Assembly: GCA_964628905.1 (NCBI GenBank)
Contig: CAZVNS010000002.1
Span: 25,767-89,766, forward strand
DNA: 64,000 nucleotides
Direction: 5' to 3'
From: an uncultured Muribaculaceae bacterium
GTDB lineage: Bacteria > Bacteroidota > Bacteroidia > Bacteroidales > Muribaculaceae
Part shown: positions 10,866 to 20,502 of the stretch, piece after piece
How positions within the stretch are numbered: the stretch's first letter is position 1
Layout of the letters: each line of letters starts with the position of its first letter
The notes under the pieces: generated by a model
What the model was told of the DNA's origin: nothing
Database searches by the model: none
The model's input: the letters and a program-made list of their open reading frames with translations, nothing else
Made by a program: the position numbers and the translations under genes

Positions 10866-12032
10866 ATGTTTTCCGTTCGCCGATCAACTATCACATTTAT
10901 GACCATTGTATTGTCGATGTTAGCGTCGGCAATCGCTGCTGCTGATGCCTACAGCATCAGCTCTGATACATTGCGGGCTAAGAAAAACATCATCGACCGA
11001 GTGATCGACTACTTCGCCCACTCCAACGACGGACGCGCTGACGGTAAATTTGATGTGAGCTTCCTCGGCGGCCCACACTTCTCTTCCGAAACAAAGCTCG
11101 GCATCGGTCTTGTGGCTGCCGGCATGTACTCGGCAGCTCCGGGTGACACCCTCACTCCGCTGAGCAATGTATCGCTCTATGGCAATGTGTCGACTATCGG
11201 TTTTGTCACAGTGGGTGTCCGCGGCAACCAGATATTCCCCCGCGACCGTTACCGCATGAACTATGATGTGAGCTTCACCTACTTTCCCAACAAATTCTGG
11301 GGTATCGGGTTTGACAACGGTATCAACGATGTCAATGAGAGCGATTACGATCTGCTTGAGTCGGAGTTGGTAACGGAATTCTTGGTGAACTGTGGCAATC
11401 GGTGGTATGTGGGGCCGAAGGCTCAATTCTTCTATGTCAAGGGTGCCGACGTGCACAACCTCCACCTTTGGCAGGGGGAGGACCTGCGCACCTTCAACTA
11501 CGGCATCGGTCTGTCGGCTCAGTATGACTCGCGCGACAATCTGACCAATCCCCACCGCGGTTACTACTTCTCATTCGATCAGCTGTTCCTGCCCCGATTT
11601 ATGGGCAACGACTATGCTTTCAGCCGCACCGAGCTGACCGCTTGCTGTTACCGCACCCTATGGAGCGGAGGCACGCTGGCCTCGCAACTGCATGCCGACC
11701 TCAATTATGGCAACGTGCCCTGGGGGATGCTCGCCACCATCGGTGGCAACCGCTCGATGCGCGGCTACTTCAAGGGGCGCTACCGCGACAAATGCGACAT
11801 CGACCTCACCGTGGAGCTGCGCCAGCACGTGTACCGCCGCTCAAGCGTCGCCGTTTGGGGCGGTCTGGCGTCGGTTTTCCCCAAATTTAGCGCTATTCGC
11901 TTTGACCAGCTGCTGCCCAACGTAGGTGTGGGTTACCGCTGGGAGTTTAAGAAAAATATGAACGTGCGTGTCGACATCGGATTTGGCCGACATAGCCGAG
12001 GTTTCCTTTTTGGTATCAATGAAGCTTTTTAA
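10866..12032 (+). CDS. Omp85/BamA-TamA family outer-membrane beta-barrel (surface antigen domain)
   Basis: Signal peptide, alternating beta-strand pattern, GGNRSMRGYFKGRY motif and a C-terminal aromatic residue (..FGINEAF). Confidence 0.6.
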   Translation: MFSVRRSTITFMTIVLSMLASAIAAADAYSISSDTLRAKKNIIDRVIDYFAHSNDGRADGKFDVSFLGGPHFSSETKLGIGLVAAGMYSAAPGDTLTPLSNVSLYGNVSTIGFVTVGVRGNQIFPRDRYRMNYDVSFTYFPNKFWGIGFDNGINDVNESDYDLLESELVTEFLVNCGNRWYVGPKAQFFYVKGADVHNLHLWQGEDLRTFNYGIGLSAQYDSRDNLTNPHRGYYFSFDQLFLPRFMGNDYAFSRTELTACCYRTLWSGGTLASQLHADLNYGNVPWGMLATIGGNRSMRGYFKGRYRDKCDIDLTVELRQHVYRRSSVAVWGGLASVFPKFSAIRFDQLLPNVGVGYRWEFKKNMNVRVDIGFGRHSRGFLFGINEAF

Positions 12033-13755
12033 TCGCAAACAATCAGATAAATATAAGTTTGAGCTGACACGATATCGTCGGCAACAATCCCGCGGCCCGT
12101 TGTGGTGCCTGATTTTGGCTGTAATAGTGCCGCTGACTTTGATCATCCCCAACGTGGCCCTATCAATCACCGAAAGCATGGGCTTCTGGGGAGGTTCGGC
12201 CAACATCCTGCTGCCGTTGGGCGTGTTCGGGCTGTTGATGACAGTGTCGCGCCGCACAGGCATCAGCGCATTATGGTTCCTGCCGCTTCAGGTGCTCGCC
12301 GCATTCCAGATAGTGCTGCTTTTCCTTTACGGGGAGTCGCTGATCGCTGTGGATATGTTCCTTAACGTGGTCACCACCAACCCTCGTGAGGTAGGAGAAC
12401 TGTTGGGCAACCTGCTTTCGGCCATCTTCACGGTGGTCATCATCTACCTGCCGGTGATAGTGCTCGCCATCGTGGCCGCTGTGAAGCGTTGGAGACTCGA
12501 CATACTCGTCAAGGACACCTACCGCACAGTGGCCGCCACGGTCACATTGATTGGTATCGTGGCCTTGATAGTGTCATATATAATTTATCCGGCCTTTGGG
12601 GTCACCCGCGACCTCTTTCCCATCAACGGTCTCACCAACCTGGGCATCGCCGTCGACCGCTCAATCGATATGGCCCGCTACCCCAAAACGTCAGCCGACT
12701 GGGCCTACGAAGCACGCTCGCTACGCCCCGACTCGCTCCCCGAGACCTATATCCTCGTAATTGGCGAAACCACACGCGCCGACAACTGGCAGCTCGATGG
12801 ATATGGCCGTGAGACAAATCCCCGCCTGTCGCAGGTCGAAGGATTGACATTCTTCACTAAAGCCCTGACGCAGAGCAACACCACACATAAGAGTGTGCCC
12901 ATGATGCTGTCGAGCCTGACGGCTGAGGATTTCGCCGACGTCAACCAGCGCAAGGGGTTGATTACAGCCTTCAATGAGGCCGGTTACGCTACCTATTTCT
13001 ACTCCAACCAGCGTCGCAACCACTCCTACATCGACCACTTCGGCGAAGAGGCAGCATCACACCAGTTTATCAAGGATGACGGCAAGGAGCACTACGACCG
13101 CGAGTTGCTACCCCTTATCGCCGAGGCACTCGCCGACAGCACGCAGACCAAGAAGCTCATCGTGGTGCACACCTATGGCTCGCATTTCAACTACCGCGAC
13201 CGTTACACCGACGAATATTCCCACTTCAAGCCCGACCATGTGGTCGACGCCAACGAAGGCAACCGCTCGCAGCTCGTCAACGCCTACGACAACACCGTGC
13301 GTTATGTCGACTCGTTCTTAGCCGACATCAACCAGCAGCTTGAGGACTCAGGGGTGGTGGGAGCCATGATTTACGCCTCCGACCACGGCGAGGATATCTT
13401 TGACGACTATCGAGGACGGTTACTCCATGCATCCCCCACACCCACATACACGCAGCTGCATGTGCCGCTGCTCGTGGCAGTAAGCCCCGAGCACAGCGGC
13501 GCTTATCCGGCTATGACACAAGCGTTGAGTGATAATTCTCAAAAATATGTGGCAACGTCGGCAGCGATATTCCACACCCTGCTGCAGCTTGCCGGAGTCA
13601 CGGTCAAGGACTACGATGAGGGGCAGTCGGTAGCGTCAGGCGAGTACCAGCCGCCGTCGCCTCGTTACCTCACCGACCGCAACGAGGCCGTCGACCTGCG
13701 CCAGTCAGGCGTAAAGCCCATCGACATCGAGCGCCTCGACTCCCTCGGCATCTGA
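12019..13755 (+). CDS. phosphoethanolamine transferase (EptA-like, sulfatase superfamily)
   Basis: Five N-terminal TM helices plus a sulfatase domain (VIGETTRADN, VHTYGSHFNY, YASDHGE). The start is trimmed to ATG 12019 (MKLFNRKQ), overlapping the upstream gene by 14 nt. Confidence 0.8.
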   Translation: MKLFNRKQSDKYKFELTRYRRQQSRGPLWCLILAVIVPLTLIIPNVALSITESMGFWGGSANILLPLGVFGLLMTVSRRTGISALWFLPLQVLAAFQIVLLFLYGESLIAVDMFLNVVTTNPREVGELLGNLLSAIFTVVIIYLPVIVLAIVAAVKRWRLDILVKDTYRTVAATVTLIGIVALIVSYIIYPAFGVTRDLFPINGLTNLGIAVDRSIDMARYPKTSADWAYEARSLRPDSLPETYILVIGETTRADNWQLDGYGRETNPRLSQVEGLTFFTKALTQSNTTHKSVPMMLSSLTAEDFADVNQRKGLITAFNEAGYATYFYSNQRRNHSYIDHFGEEAASHQFIKDDGKEHYDRELLPLIAEALADSTQTKKLIVVHTYGSHFNYRDRYTDEYSHFKPDHVVDANEGNRSQLVNAYDNTVRYVDSFLADINQQLEDSGVVGAMIYASDHGEDIFDDYRGRLLHASPTPTYTQLHVPLLVAVSPEHSGAYPAMTQALSDNSQKYVATSAAIFHTLLQLAGVTVKDYDEGQSVASGEYQPPSPRYLTDRNEAVDLRQSGVKPIDIERLDSLGI

Positions 13756-13761
13756 CATTTT

Positions 13762-13816
13762 CACAAAGTGGGGTCGCACCGGTCTCGCGGTCGGCCACAT
13801 CTGTGGCCACGCCGGG
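13762..13816. repeat. REP-like element copy (CACAAAGTGGGGTCGCACC..) plus GGCCACA-tc-TGTGGCC hairpin
   Basis: The 5' half matches the copies at 58154 and 60696 with one 1-nt indel. It lies 7 nt after the eptA-like stop. Confidence 0.6.
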
Positions 13817-13945
13817 ATATTTCTTCCCTTCTTTTGCCAGATTATCGCCGCATTTGCAGCATTTCTTATTGTCGCTCATAGTTGTAAAAGTTTTACAATT
13901 ACAACGCCTCCGCCAAGGGGAATGTTTGTGAGCTGAGTCAGGATT

Positions 13946-14522
13946 TTATTCGACTGTAGTGGGGTCGGCTACAAAAGTCAAGAATATGGAGGGGGAGCCG
14001 TCGGTGTGTTTTCCCACCACTTCGCCGTCGACGGTCACTGTCTGCTTTGAGTTTGCGCTGGTCCAGCTTGTTTGAGTCATTGAGCGGCTGATTTGGATGA
14101 CATGTTGGCCGCCATTAGGGAGAACCAAAGTCATGAAGCCATTGAAGCTAAAGGCATCCATCGTACCAAAGATTAAATAACGCAGCCCTTCGTCGGATGT
14201 TGTGTAGGCCGGGTCGCAAATCAATCCTTCGATGTGCGGCATGATGGCTCGGCTATCAACGCTTTCGGTGTTGACTACCGGGGGCCACTGGGAGGTGTAG
14301 GTCTCACCATCGTACAGCATTTTGAAGTCGGCGTTGTATACCATACTCCATCGGGGGCTAACAGGTCGTTGCCATCAGCGTCGACAACTGAGCAATTAAC
14401 GGATAATGGCGTCCAATCGACGATTGCGTTTCCCTCATCTTCATCTTTGTCGGAGCATGAGCAAATGGTGCAGCCAAAGCATGCAAGCAGGGTGTACAGG
14501 AAGAGTGTGTATCTACATTCAT
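13946..14522 (-). pseudogene. surface-lipoprotein gene interrupted by two single-base deletions
   Basis: A TATATTTG box lies at 14560-14567, followed by ATG 14522. After ATGAA the lipoprotein signal (..CRYTLFLYTLLACFGCTICSCSDKDEDEG) continues in another frame. That frame stops at 14275-14277, while the 132-aa ORF (13946-14344) is in the third frame. Adding one A at 14518-14519 and one C to the C5 run at 14353-14357 restores a single ORF of about 192 aa. Confidence 0.6.
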
Positions 14523-14559
14523 AAAGCTCGTGATTAATGATTGTTGCGATTTTGCCTTA

Positions 14560-14567
14560 CAAATATA
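14560..14567 (-). promoter_or_regulatory. candidate -7 promoter box TATATTTG for the frameshifted lipoprotein gene
   Basis: Exact TAnnTTTG match on the minus strand, 38 nt upstream of ATG 14522. Confidence 0.45.
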
Positions 14568-14619
14568 TGGATATTAAGCCCTGAAATAAAAAATGATGAA
14601 GGTTAAGCTTATTAACAAC

Positions 14620-15228
14620 TCATTCGGTGGCGAGGGGGAGCTGGTTGAGCTGCTCGATGTAGTCGAGGAGCTGGTCGCGGCCTACGCGGTCGACTGACGA
14701 GGTGACAAACACGGGGGGGAGTTCCTCCCACTGCTCGAGCAGGCGGGTGCAGTAGTCGGCGACATGACGCTGAACGGTGGATTTGGCGAGCTTGTCGGCC
14801 TTGGTGAACACGATGCTGAAGGGCACTGAGTTCTCGCCGAGCCATTCCATGAATTCGAGGTCGATCTTCTGTGGCTCGTGGCGCACGTCGATCAGCAGGA
14901 ACAGGTTGGTCATCTGCTGACGGCCAAGGATATAGCTCTGGATGATGCGCTGCAGCTCGTTGCGCTGCTCTTTGCCACGCTGGGCATAGCCGTAGCCAGG
15001 GAGGTCGACCAGATACCACTCATCGTTGATCAGGAAGTGATTGATGAGCAGGGTTTTGCCTGGTAATTGAGAGGTTTTGGCCAGACCCTTTCGGCCGGTG
15101 AGCATGTTGATGAGCGACGATTTGCCCACGTTGGAGCGGCCGATGAATGCGTATTCATGGCGCACGTCCCGGGGGCACTTGTTGATGTCGGTGTTGGAGA
15201 TTACGAATCGGGCTTCGTTGACTATCAT
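14620..15228 (-). CDS. engB: ribosome biogenesis GTP-binding protein YihA/YsxC
   Basis: G1 [13 protein letters not shown]3 DLPGYG and G4 TKADK, about 200 aa. Confidence 0.9.
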   Translation of the reverse strand: MIVNEARFVISNTDINKCPRDVRHEYAFIGRSNVGKSSLINMLTGRKGLAKTSQLPGKTLLINHFLINDEWYLVDLPGYGYAQRGKEQRNELQRIIQSYILGRQQMTNLFLLIDVRHEPQKIDLEFMEWLGENSVPFSIVFTKADKLAKSTVQRHVADYCTRLLEQWEELPPVFVTSSVDRVGRDQLLDYIEQLNQLPLATE

Positions 15229-15264
15229 GATTTTTGGTTATGTTTGTGTATGTATAACGCCCGG

Positions 15265-15975
15265 TCAGTCAAACATGTTTGTGTAGATTGAGTCTACCTT
15301 GGCGTCGAGCAGGTCGTCAAGCTCTATCGCGGGGGCGGTGACGGCGGGTGAGGGAGGTGTGGTGACCGCTGGTGCGTTGGTTGTCTTAGGGGCTTCGGGA
15401 GCTTTTTCGCTCTTGGGGGCTTTCTCAACCTTTGGAGCTTTGGGAGCTGCGGGGGAAGATGCTAATGCCATCACGCGCCCTGAGGAGTGGTAGGTGCGCT
15501 GATAGTATCGCTCGTCGAGTCTGGAGATGATCACTCCCTTTGATGTGGAGGCGTGCACCATCTTGCCGTCGCCGATATACATGCCCACGTGCGACACGCG
15601 CCCTGCGCTGCCGGTGCAGAAGAAAATGAGGTCCCCCTCGACGAGGTCCTTCTTGTTGATGCTCTGGCAAAAGGCCTGCTGCTCGCGTGAGGAGCGGGGG
15701 AGCGCGATGCCGCACACGGCAAGGTATACTTCCATCACCATCCCTGAGCAGTCTGTTCCCTTGCGTGAGTGGCCTCCATACTGATAGCGGGTGCCGATCC
15801 ACTTCTTGGTCTCCTTGACCAGCGCGTTCTGCTGTTGGGAGGTCAACGGCTTTGTGAGTCCGGACTGTGGCTTCTGTTGGCCGCGTTGGGTATGGCGCAC
15901 TGAGCCGCAGGCGGTCAAGATCATCAGCATCAGGGCCGCGGCGAGGGTAAGGGTATGGGTTGCACTGCGTTTCAC
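15265..15975 (-). CDS. C40 (NlpC/P60) peptidoglycan peptidase lipoprotein with a low-complexity AP/K-rich C-terminal tail
   Basis: Lipobox LTAC, catalytic Cys context YQYGGHSRKGTDCSGMV, His context VSHVGMYIG, and tail APKAPKVEKAPKSEKAPEAPK. Confidence 0.85.
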   Translation of the reverse strand: MKRSATHTLTLAAALMLMILTACGSVRHTQRGQQKPQSGLTKPLTSQQQNALVKETKKWIGTRYQYGGHSRKGTDCSGMVMEVYLAVCGIALPRSSREQQAFCQSINKKDLVEGDLIFFCTGSAGRVSHVGMYIGDGKMVHASTSKGVIISRLDERYYQRTYHSSGRVMALASSPAAPKAPKVEKAPKSEKAPEAPKTTNAPAVTTPPSPAVTAPAIELDDLLDAKVDSIYTNMFD

Positions 15976-16010
15976 GTCACAAAGATAATGATTTGCGGCA
16001 ATTTACCCAC

Positions 16011-16051
16011 AAAAAAACATCACCAATGCGCAGTTTGACGCATTGGTGATG
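16011..16051 (-). terminator. intrinsic terminator of pfp
   Basis: Perfect 13-bp stem CATCACCAATGCG/CGCATTGGTGATG (16018-16051) followed on the minus strand by T7 (16011-17). It starts 26 nt after the pfp stop. Confidence 0.85.
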
Positions 16052-16076
16052 TGTGGCTGTATGCCGGGGCGAGTGA

Positions 16077-17720
16077 TTACTTGCCTTGGTGCTCGTACTG
16101 GAGGGTGAGCGAGGGCTGGTCGCAGACCTCGGCCGGGCCGAAGTACTGGATGGGGCCGGGATAGATGTAACAGGTGTTGACTGCCCAGTCGTCGCGCTTC
16201 GAGGCGAACTTCAGGAAGGGCGCGCCGTTGAGGTCGACGAGAGCTTTTTGGATCACGGGCTTCATCTTGCCGTTGCGACGCTCCATGTTCATCATCGTGG
16301 TGATGGGTATACCGCCGGCAACCCACTGCACTGAGGGCTTGGTGAGGTTGCGCACCGACGACATGTAGCCGGTGACTCCGGCGTTGATCAGGCATGTGGC
16401 GTTGTAGCCTAAGGCGTAGCAGTAGTCAGCGTCGAAGTTTGAGGGGTCGGCACAGCGTCCCTCGTAGCCGAAGAAGTGGTGGAGGGGTGAGAACTTGCCG
16501 TTGTAGCGGCCCTCGGCGCGCATGGCCTCGAGCTTGGTGGCAACCATCTGCGACAGGAGTTTCTCAGTCTCGATCAGCGATACCTGCACGTTGCCGTGGG
16601 GGTCGCGGTCGAGGCAAAGCTGGTGAGCAACGGTCTCGGGGAGCGAGGCCAGGGTGGCAGCGTTGGCGGGAGCGAGGTTGGCCTTGATGTAGTCAACGAT
16701 TTCGTCGGCGCTCTTGCCGGACAGGTCGGCCTTGGCGAGCATGTCGTTGAGCTCGGCGATCAGCGCCTTGATGGCGGGGATGAACTCAATCAGACCTTCG
16801 GGGATGAGTACGGTGCCGAAGTTGTTGCCGCGGGCGGCGCGGGCTGCCACTACGTCGGCTATGTTGGCCACTACATCGTCGAGTGAGAGGTTCTTGGCCT
16901 CAACCTCCTCGGAGATGATGCAGATGTTGGGCTGGGTCTGGAGAGCGCACTCAAGGGCGATGTGCGATGCCGAGCGGCCCATGAGTTTCACGAAGTGCCA
17001 GTATTTCTTGGCTGAGTTGCAGTCGCGCTGGATGTTGCCGATCACCTCAGAATATACCTTGGTGGCGGTGTCGAAGCCGAACGAAGTCTCAATCTGCGAG
17101 TTCTTCAGGTCGCCGTCGATGGTCTTGGGGCAACCGAGCACCTGCACGGGAGCGCCGATGCTCTTGTAGTACTCAGCGAGGGTCGCGGCATTGGTGTTGG
17201 AGTCGTCGCCACCGATGATTACCACGGCCTTGATGTTGAGCTTTTTGAGGATTTCGAGACCTTTGTCGAACTGCTCCTTTGTCTCGAGCTTGGTGCGACC
17301 TGAGCCGATGATATCGAAGCCACCGGTGTTGCGGTATTCATTGATGATGTCGGCGGTGAGCTCCATGTATTCATGGTCAACGAGGCCGCTGGGACCCATG
17401 AGGAAGCCGTAAAGGCGGCTGTCGCGGTGGATGCGCTTGATGCCGTCAAACAGACCGCTGATCACGTTGTGACCGCCGGGGGCCTGGCCGCCGGAAAGGA
17501 TCACTCCCACGTTGATGGGCTTGCCTGCGGCGGGGGAGGGGTTCTTCTCAAATTTCAGCTCGGGGAGACCGTAGGTGTTGGGGAACAGGGCCTTGATTTC
17601 GGCTTGGTCGGCCACCGACTCGGTGGGAGCGCCCTTGACAGCCTTCACGGCCCCGGTCAGTACGATGGGGAGCTTGGGCTGGTAGGTGGCGCGTGCTTTC
17701 TGCAATGCACTCTTTTTCAT
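16077..17720 (-). CDS. pfp: diphosphate--fructose-6-phosphate 1-phosphotransferase (PPi-dependent PFK)
   Basis: [16 protein letters not shown] and MGR motifs, about 548 aa from ATG 17720 ([18 protein letters not shown]). The ORF-track N-terminal extension was discarded. Confidence 0.9.
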   Translation of the reverse strand: MKKSALQKARATYQPKLPIVLTGAVKAVKGAPTESVADQAEIKALFPNTYGLPELKFEKNPSPAAGKPINVGVILSGGQAPGGHNVISGLFDGIKRIHRDSRLYGFLMGPSGLVDHEYMELTADIINEYRNTGGFDIIGSGRTKLETKEQFDKGLEILKKLNIKAVVIIGGDDSNTNAATLAEYYKSIGAPVQVLGCPKTIDGDLKNSQIETSFGFDTATKVYSEVIGNIQRDCNSAKKYWHFVKLMGRSASHIALECALQTQPNICIISEEVEAKNLSLDDVVANIADVVAARAARGNNFGTVLIPEGLIEFIPAIKALIAELNDMLAKADLSGKSADEIVDYIKANLAPANAATLASLPETVAHQLCLDRDPHGNVQVSLIETEKLLSQMVATKLEAMRAEGRYNGKFSPLHHFFGYEGRCADPSNFDADYCYALGYNATCLINAGVTGYMSSVRNLTKPSVQWVAGGIPITTMMNMERRNGKMKPVIQKALVDLNGAPFLKFASKRDDWAVNTCYIYPGPIQYFGPAEVCDQPSLTLQYEHQGK

Positions 17721-17769
17721 TAAGCAGATGGATATTAATAAGTTGAGGTTTTGTATCAAAAATTTGGGA

Positions 17770-17777
17770 CAAAGATA
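17770..17777 (-). promoter_or_regulatory. candidate -7 promoter box TATCTTTG for pfp
   Basis: Exact TAnnTTTG match on the minus strand, about 50 nt upstream of ATG 17720. Confidence 0.5.
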
Positions 17778-18001
17778 CTCATTAATTCTTGAATTTCGCC
17801 ACTTTGGGCGTTGCCATTTTGTCGACATGGTGCATCACAACGCAAAAATTAACTAATTTTATAAAAAAAGGCGCACCTCCGGTTATGCCCTGAAAATAAA
17901 ATCACGGGTGCATGTTGCTAAATTCGCGAAAAATAGCTATCTTCGCGAATATTATAAACCAAAACGACAGTCGCTACGACTCGGTAAAATCACCCCTGTT
18001 A

Positions 18002-18820
18002 ATGGACAAGCCCAAAGTACTTTTCATCTTGCAAGAAATCACGCCTTATCTACCGGCTACTACTATGTCGACACTCGCCGTGAAGCTCCCCCAATCGATC
18101 CAGGAGCGCGGCTTCGAGGTGCGCACATTCATGCCCAAATACGGTTGCATCAATGAGCGCCGCAACCAGCTGCACGAGGTGATACGTCTGTCGGGCATGA
18201 ACCTTATCATCGACGACACCGACCATCCGCTGATCATCAAGGTGGCCACATTGCAGCCCGCGAGGATGCAGGTGTACTTCATCGACAACGACGACTACTT
18301 CCGCCGCAACGGAGCCACCGACATCGAAATAAGGCAGCTCCCTGACGATAACGACGAGCGCGCCATATTCTTCACCCGCGGCGTGGCCGAGACCGTGAAG
18401 AAGCTCCGCTGGGAGCCCGCCGTGGTGCACTGCGCAGGTTGGATTTCGGCCTTAGCACCGGTCTATATCAAGAAGATCTACAGCGACGACCCGTCGTTCC
18501 GCTCATCGAAGGTGGTGTACTCGCTTCAGGACGACCGTTTTGAGGGCACTCTCGACCCGCGGTTTGTGGAGAAGCTGATGATGGACGACCTCACCGCCGA
18601 CGACCTCGCCGCCCTATCGGCCGCCACCGACGGCGTAGACTACGACGCACTCACCCGCCTCGCCATCGACCACGCCGACGCTATCGTGCAAGCCACCGAC
18701 CACGTCAGCGACGCCATCCTCGAATACGCCAAAGCCTCAGGCAAGCCTCTGCTCGAATACCCCGGCGACGATGACTACGCCGACGCTTACGCCGAGTTTT
18801 ACCGCTCGTTACTTCAATAA
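18002..18820 (+). CDS. short glycogen/starch synthase family protein (GT5 N-terminal domain type)
   Basis: MDKPKVLFILQEITPYLP...VRTFMPKYGCINERRNQLHEVIRLSG...YFIDNDDYF resembles the starch-synthase catalytic-domain N-terminus. About 270 aa from ATG 18002. Confidence 0.7.
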   Translation: MDKPKVLFILQEITPYLPATTMSTLAVKLPQSIQERGFEVRTFMPKYGCINERRNQLHEVIRLSGMNLIIDDTDHPLIIKVATLQPARMQVYFIDNDDYFRRNGATDIEIRQLPDDNDERAIFFTRGVAETVKKLRWEPAVVHCAGWISALAPVYIKKIYSDDPSFRSSKVVYSLQDDRFEGTLDPRFVEKLMMDDLTADDLAALSAATDGVDYDALTRLAIDHADAIVQATDHVSDAILEYAKASGKPLLEYPGDDDYADAYAEFYRSLLQ

Positions 18821-18832
18821 ACACAACCCCCT

Positions 18833-20200
18833 ATGAAGATACTTCCTTATCTTATCGGAGTTGCCGCATCGCTGTGCGCCCTGGCCGCATGCAACGAGAG
18901 TGGCAACATCGGCTCATCGATAATACAGGACGAGATACAGATTATCGTCGACTCAACCTACACTGTCACCGGCCACGCCGTCGACAATGAGCGCATACAG
19001 TCGCGCACCGTAACCCAGCTCTTAGGCCGAATCGACGCGCAGGAATACGGCACTTTCGCCGCCGACTTCGTGACACAATACCTCCCGTCGAGCGCCCTCG
19101 ACACCACAGGCATCTCCATCAACGACATCGACTCGCTACAGATGATACTCGCCGTGCCCCTCGGCGGTTTCGTCGGCGACTCCATAACCCCGATGGGCCT
19201 CACCATCTACGAGTTGACCGAACAATTGCAGTCGCCCATCTATTCCGACTTCGACCCCTCGGGATATTACGACTCATCTAAGCCCATATCCACTAAAATC
19301 TATGCCTGCAACGCTATGGGCGAATCCGACTCAGTGCAGGAACTCAGCTATCGCTACGTCACAGCCACACTCCCCCGCGAACTTGGCCAGCGACTCTACA
19401 AGGCTTATCTCGACAACCCCTCATCGTACCTCGATCCATCGACATTTTCGCAGATATTCCGTGGACTGTATGTGGCCAACTCCTATGGCACAGGGCGCGT
19501 GATGAAGATAGCCGGCAACCAGTTGCGCTTGCACTACCACAAGCCCGACACTACCTCCGCCGGCAATGATACGATAGTCAACGCTTACTCCAACTACTTC
19601 ACCGTATCGCCTGAGGTGATCACCAACAACAATATCCGGCTGCAAATGGCCCAGAGCATCCGACAGATGGCCCAGGCCGGCGACGCCGTCGTGCTCGCTC
19701 CTGCCGGCATGGACGTGGAAATGACCTTTCCCCTGGAGTCGATGCTCGAGCGCTACCGCAACAACCCCAACTCGCTCACCGTGGTCAACACCCTCAATCT
19801 CGACATCCCTGTTGAAGAGATTACCAACGACTACGGTATCGAACCCCCGCAGTATCTGCTGATGGTGCTCACGTCGAAGCGTGACCAGTTCTTCGCCAAA
19901 AGCCAGGTGGTCGACAACATCACATCATTCTACACCAACTACGACGCCACCAACCATCGCTACCGCTTCTCGGGCATGCGAGGCTACCTGCTGGAGATGC
20001 TCGACAAGGCCGAAATCACCCCCGACGACTACACATTCACCCTCACCCCGGTGAGCGTCGAAACCGAGACCACATCGTCGTACAGCTCCTCATATTATAT
20101 AAGCGCCATTGTGCCTTACATCGACACACCCGCCATGGCGCGCCTACTGCTCGACAAGGCGCAGATCAAGCTCACCTACTCCAAGCAATCGCTCCTGTAG
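18833..20200 (+). CDS. putative lipoprotein, possibly DUF4270 family
   Basis: Lipobox LAAC. The size (455 aa) and the position directly downstream of the short glycogen synthase gene match, as far as I recall, the usual Bacteroidota glgA-DUF4270 synteny. No motif-level confirmation was possible. Confidence 0.45.
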   Translation: MKILPYLIGVAASLCALAACNESGNIGSSIIQDEIQIIVDSTYTVTGHAVDNERIQSRTVTQLLGRIDAQEYGTFAADFVTQYLPSSALDTTGISINDIDSLQMILAVPLGGFVGDSITPMGLTIYELTEQLQSPIYSDFDPSGYYDSSKPISTKIYACNAMGESDSVQELSYRYVTATLPRELGQRLYKAYLDNPSSYLDPSTFSQIFRGLYVANSYGTGRVMKIAGNQLRLHYHKPDTTSAGNDTIVNAYSNYFTVSPEVITNNNIRLQMAQSIRQMAQAGDAVVLAPAGMDVEMTFPLESMLERYRNNPNSLTVVNTLNLDIPVEEITNDYGIEPPQYLLMVLTSKRDQFFAKSQVVDNITSFYTNYDATNHRYRFSGMRGYLLEMLDKAEITPDDYTFTLTPVSVETETTSSYSSSYYISAIVPYIDTPAMARLLLDKAQIKLTYSKQSLL

Positions 20201-20235
20201 GCCCACAAGGTGTTGGTGATTTCGCGGGAAATTGC

Positions 20236-20243
20236 TACCTTTG
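20236..20243 (+). promoter_or_regulatory. candidate -7 promoter box TACCTTTG for tRNA-Thr
   Basis: Exact TAnnTTTG match 52 nt upstream of the tRNA 5' end. Confidence 0.45.
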
Positions 20244-20294
20244 TGCCGCAAAATCGAGGAGCAGTCCCTGATTAGTGTAAAAAGATGTTTGCAA

Positions 20295-20368
20295 GCCGCA
20301 ATAGCTCAGTCGGTTAGAGCATCTCATTCGTAACGAGAAGGTCGTGGGTTCGAGTCCCACTCGCGGCT
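20295..20368 (+). tRNA. tRNA-Thr (anticodon CGT)
   Basis: Manual cloverleaf: acceptor GCCGCAA/TCGCGGC (one A-C mismatch), D arm GCTC..GAGC, anticodon loop TTCGTAA, variable loop AGGTC, T arm GTGGG-TTCGAGT-CCCAC, discriminator T. CCA is not encoded. Confidence 0.8.
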
Positions 20369-20373
20369 CCGCA

Positions 20374-20413
20374 GCAACCGCCGCAAGCGCTTTGATGCGC
20401 TTGCGGCGGTTGC
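20374..20413 (+). terminator. perfect 17-bp hairpin immediately after tRNA-Thr
   Basis: GCAACCGCCGCAAGCGC-tttgat-GCGCTTGCGGCGGTTGC, with no T-tract. A further hairpin CCCCGGCGC/GCGCCGGGG lies at 20426-20446. Confidence 0.55.
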
Positions 20414-20502
20414 CACTTCTGCAGACCCCGGCGCACAGCGCCGGGGCACGGTAAGCTCCCCGCCTCGCTCCCGGCTGCTGTGCGGCCTCTGCAACACACA
20501 AG

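Noticed and set aside
15300-15450. Nucleotide periodicity (GGAGCTTT/GGGGCTTT) on the plus strand.
   Set aside because: It lies inside the C40 peptidase ORF and simply encodes the AP/K-rich low-complexity tail (APKAPKVEKAPKSEKAPEAPK). It is not an independent element.
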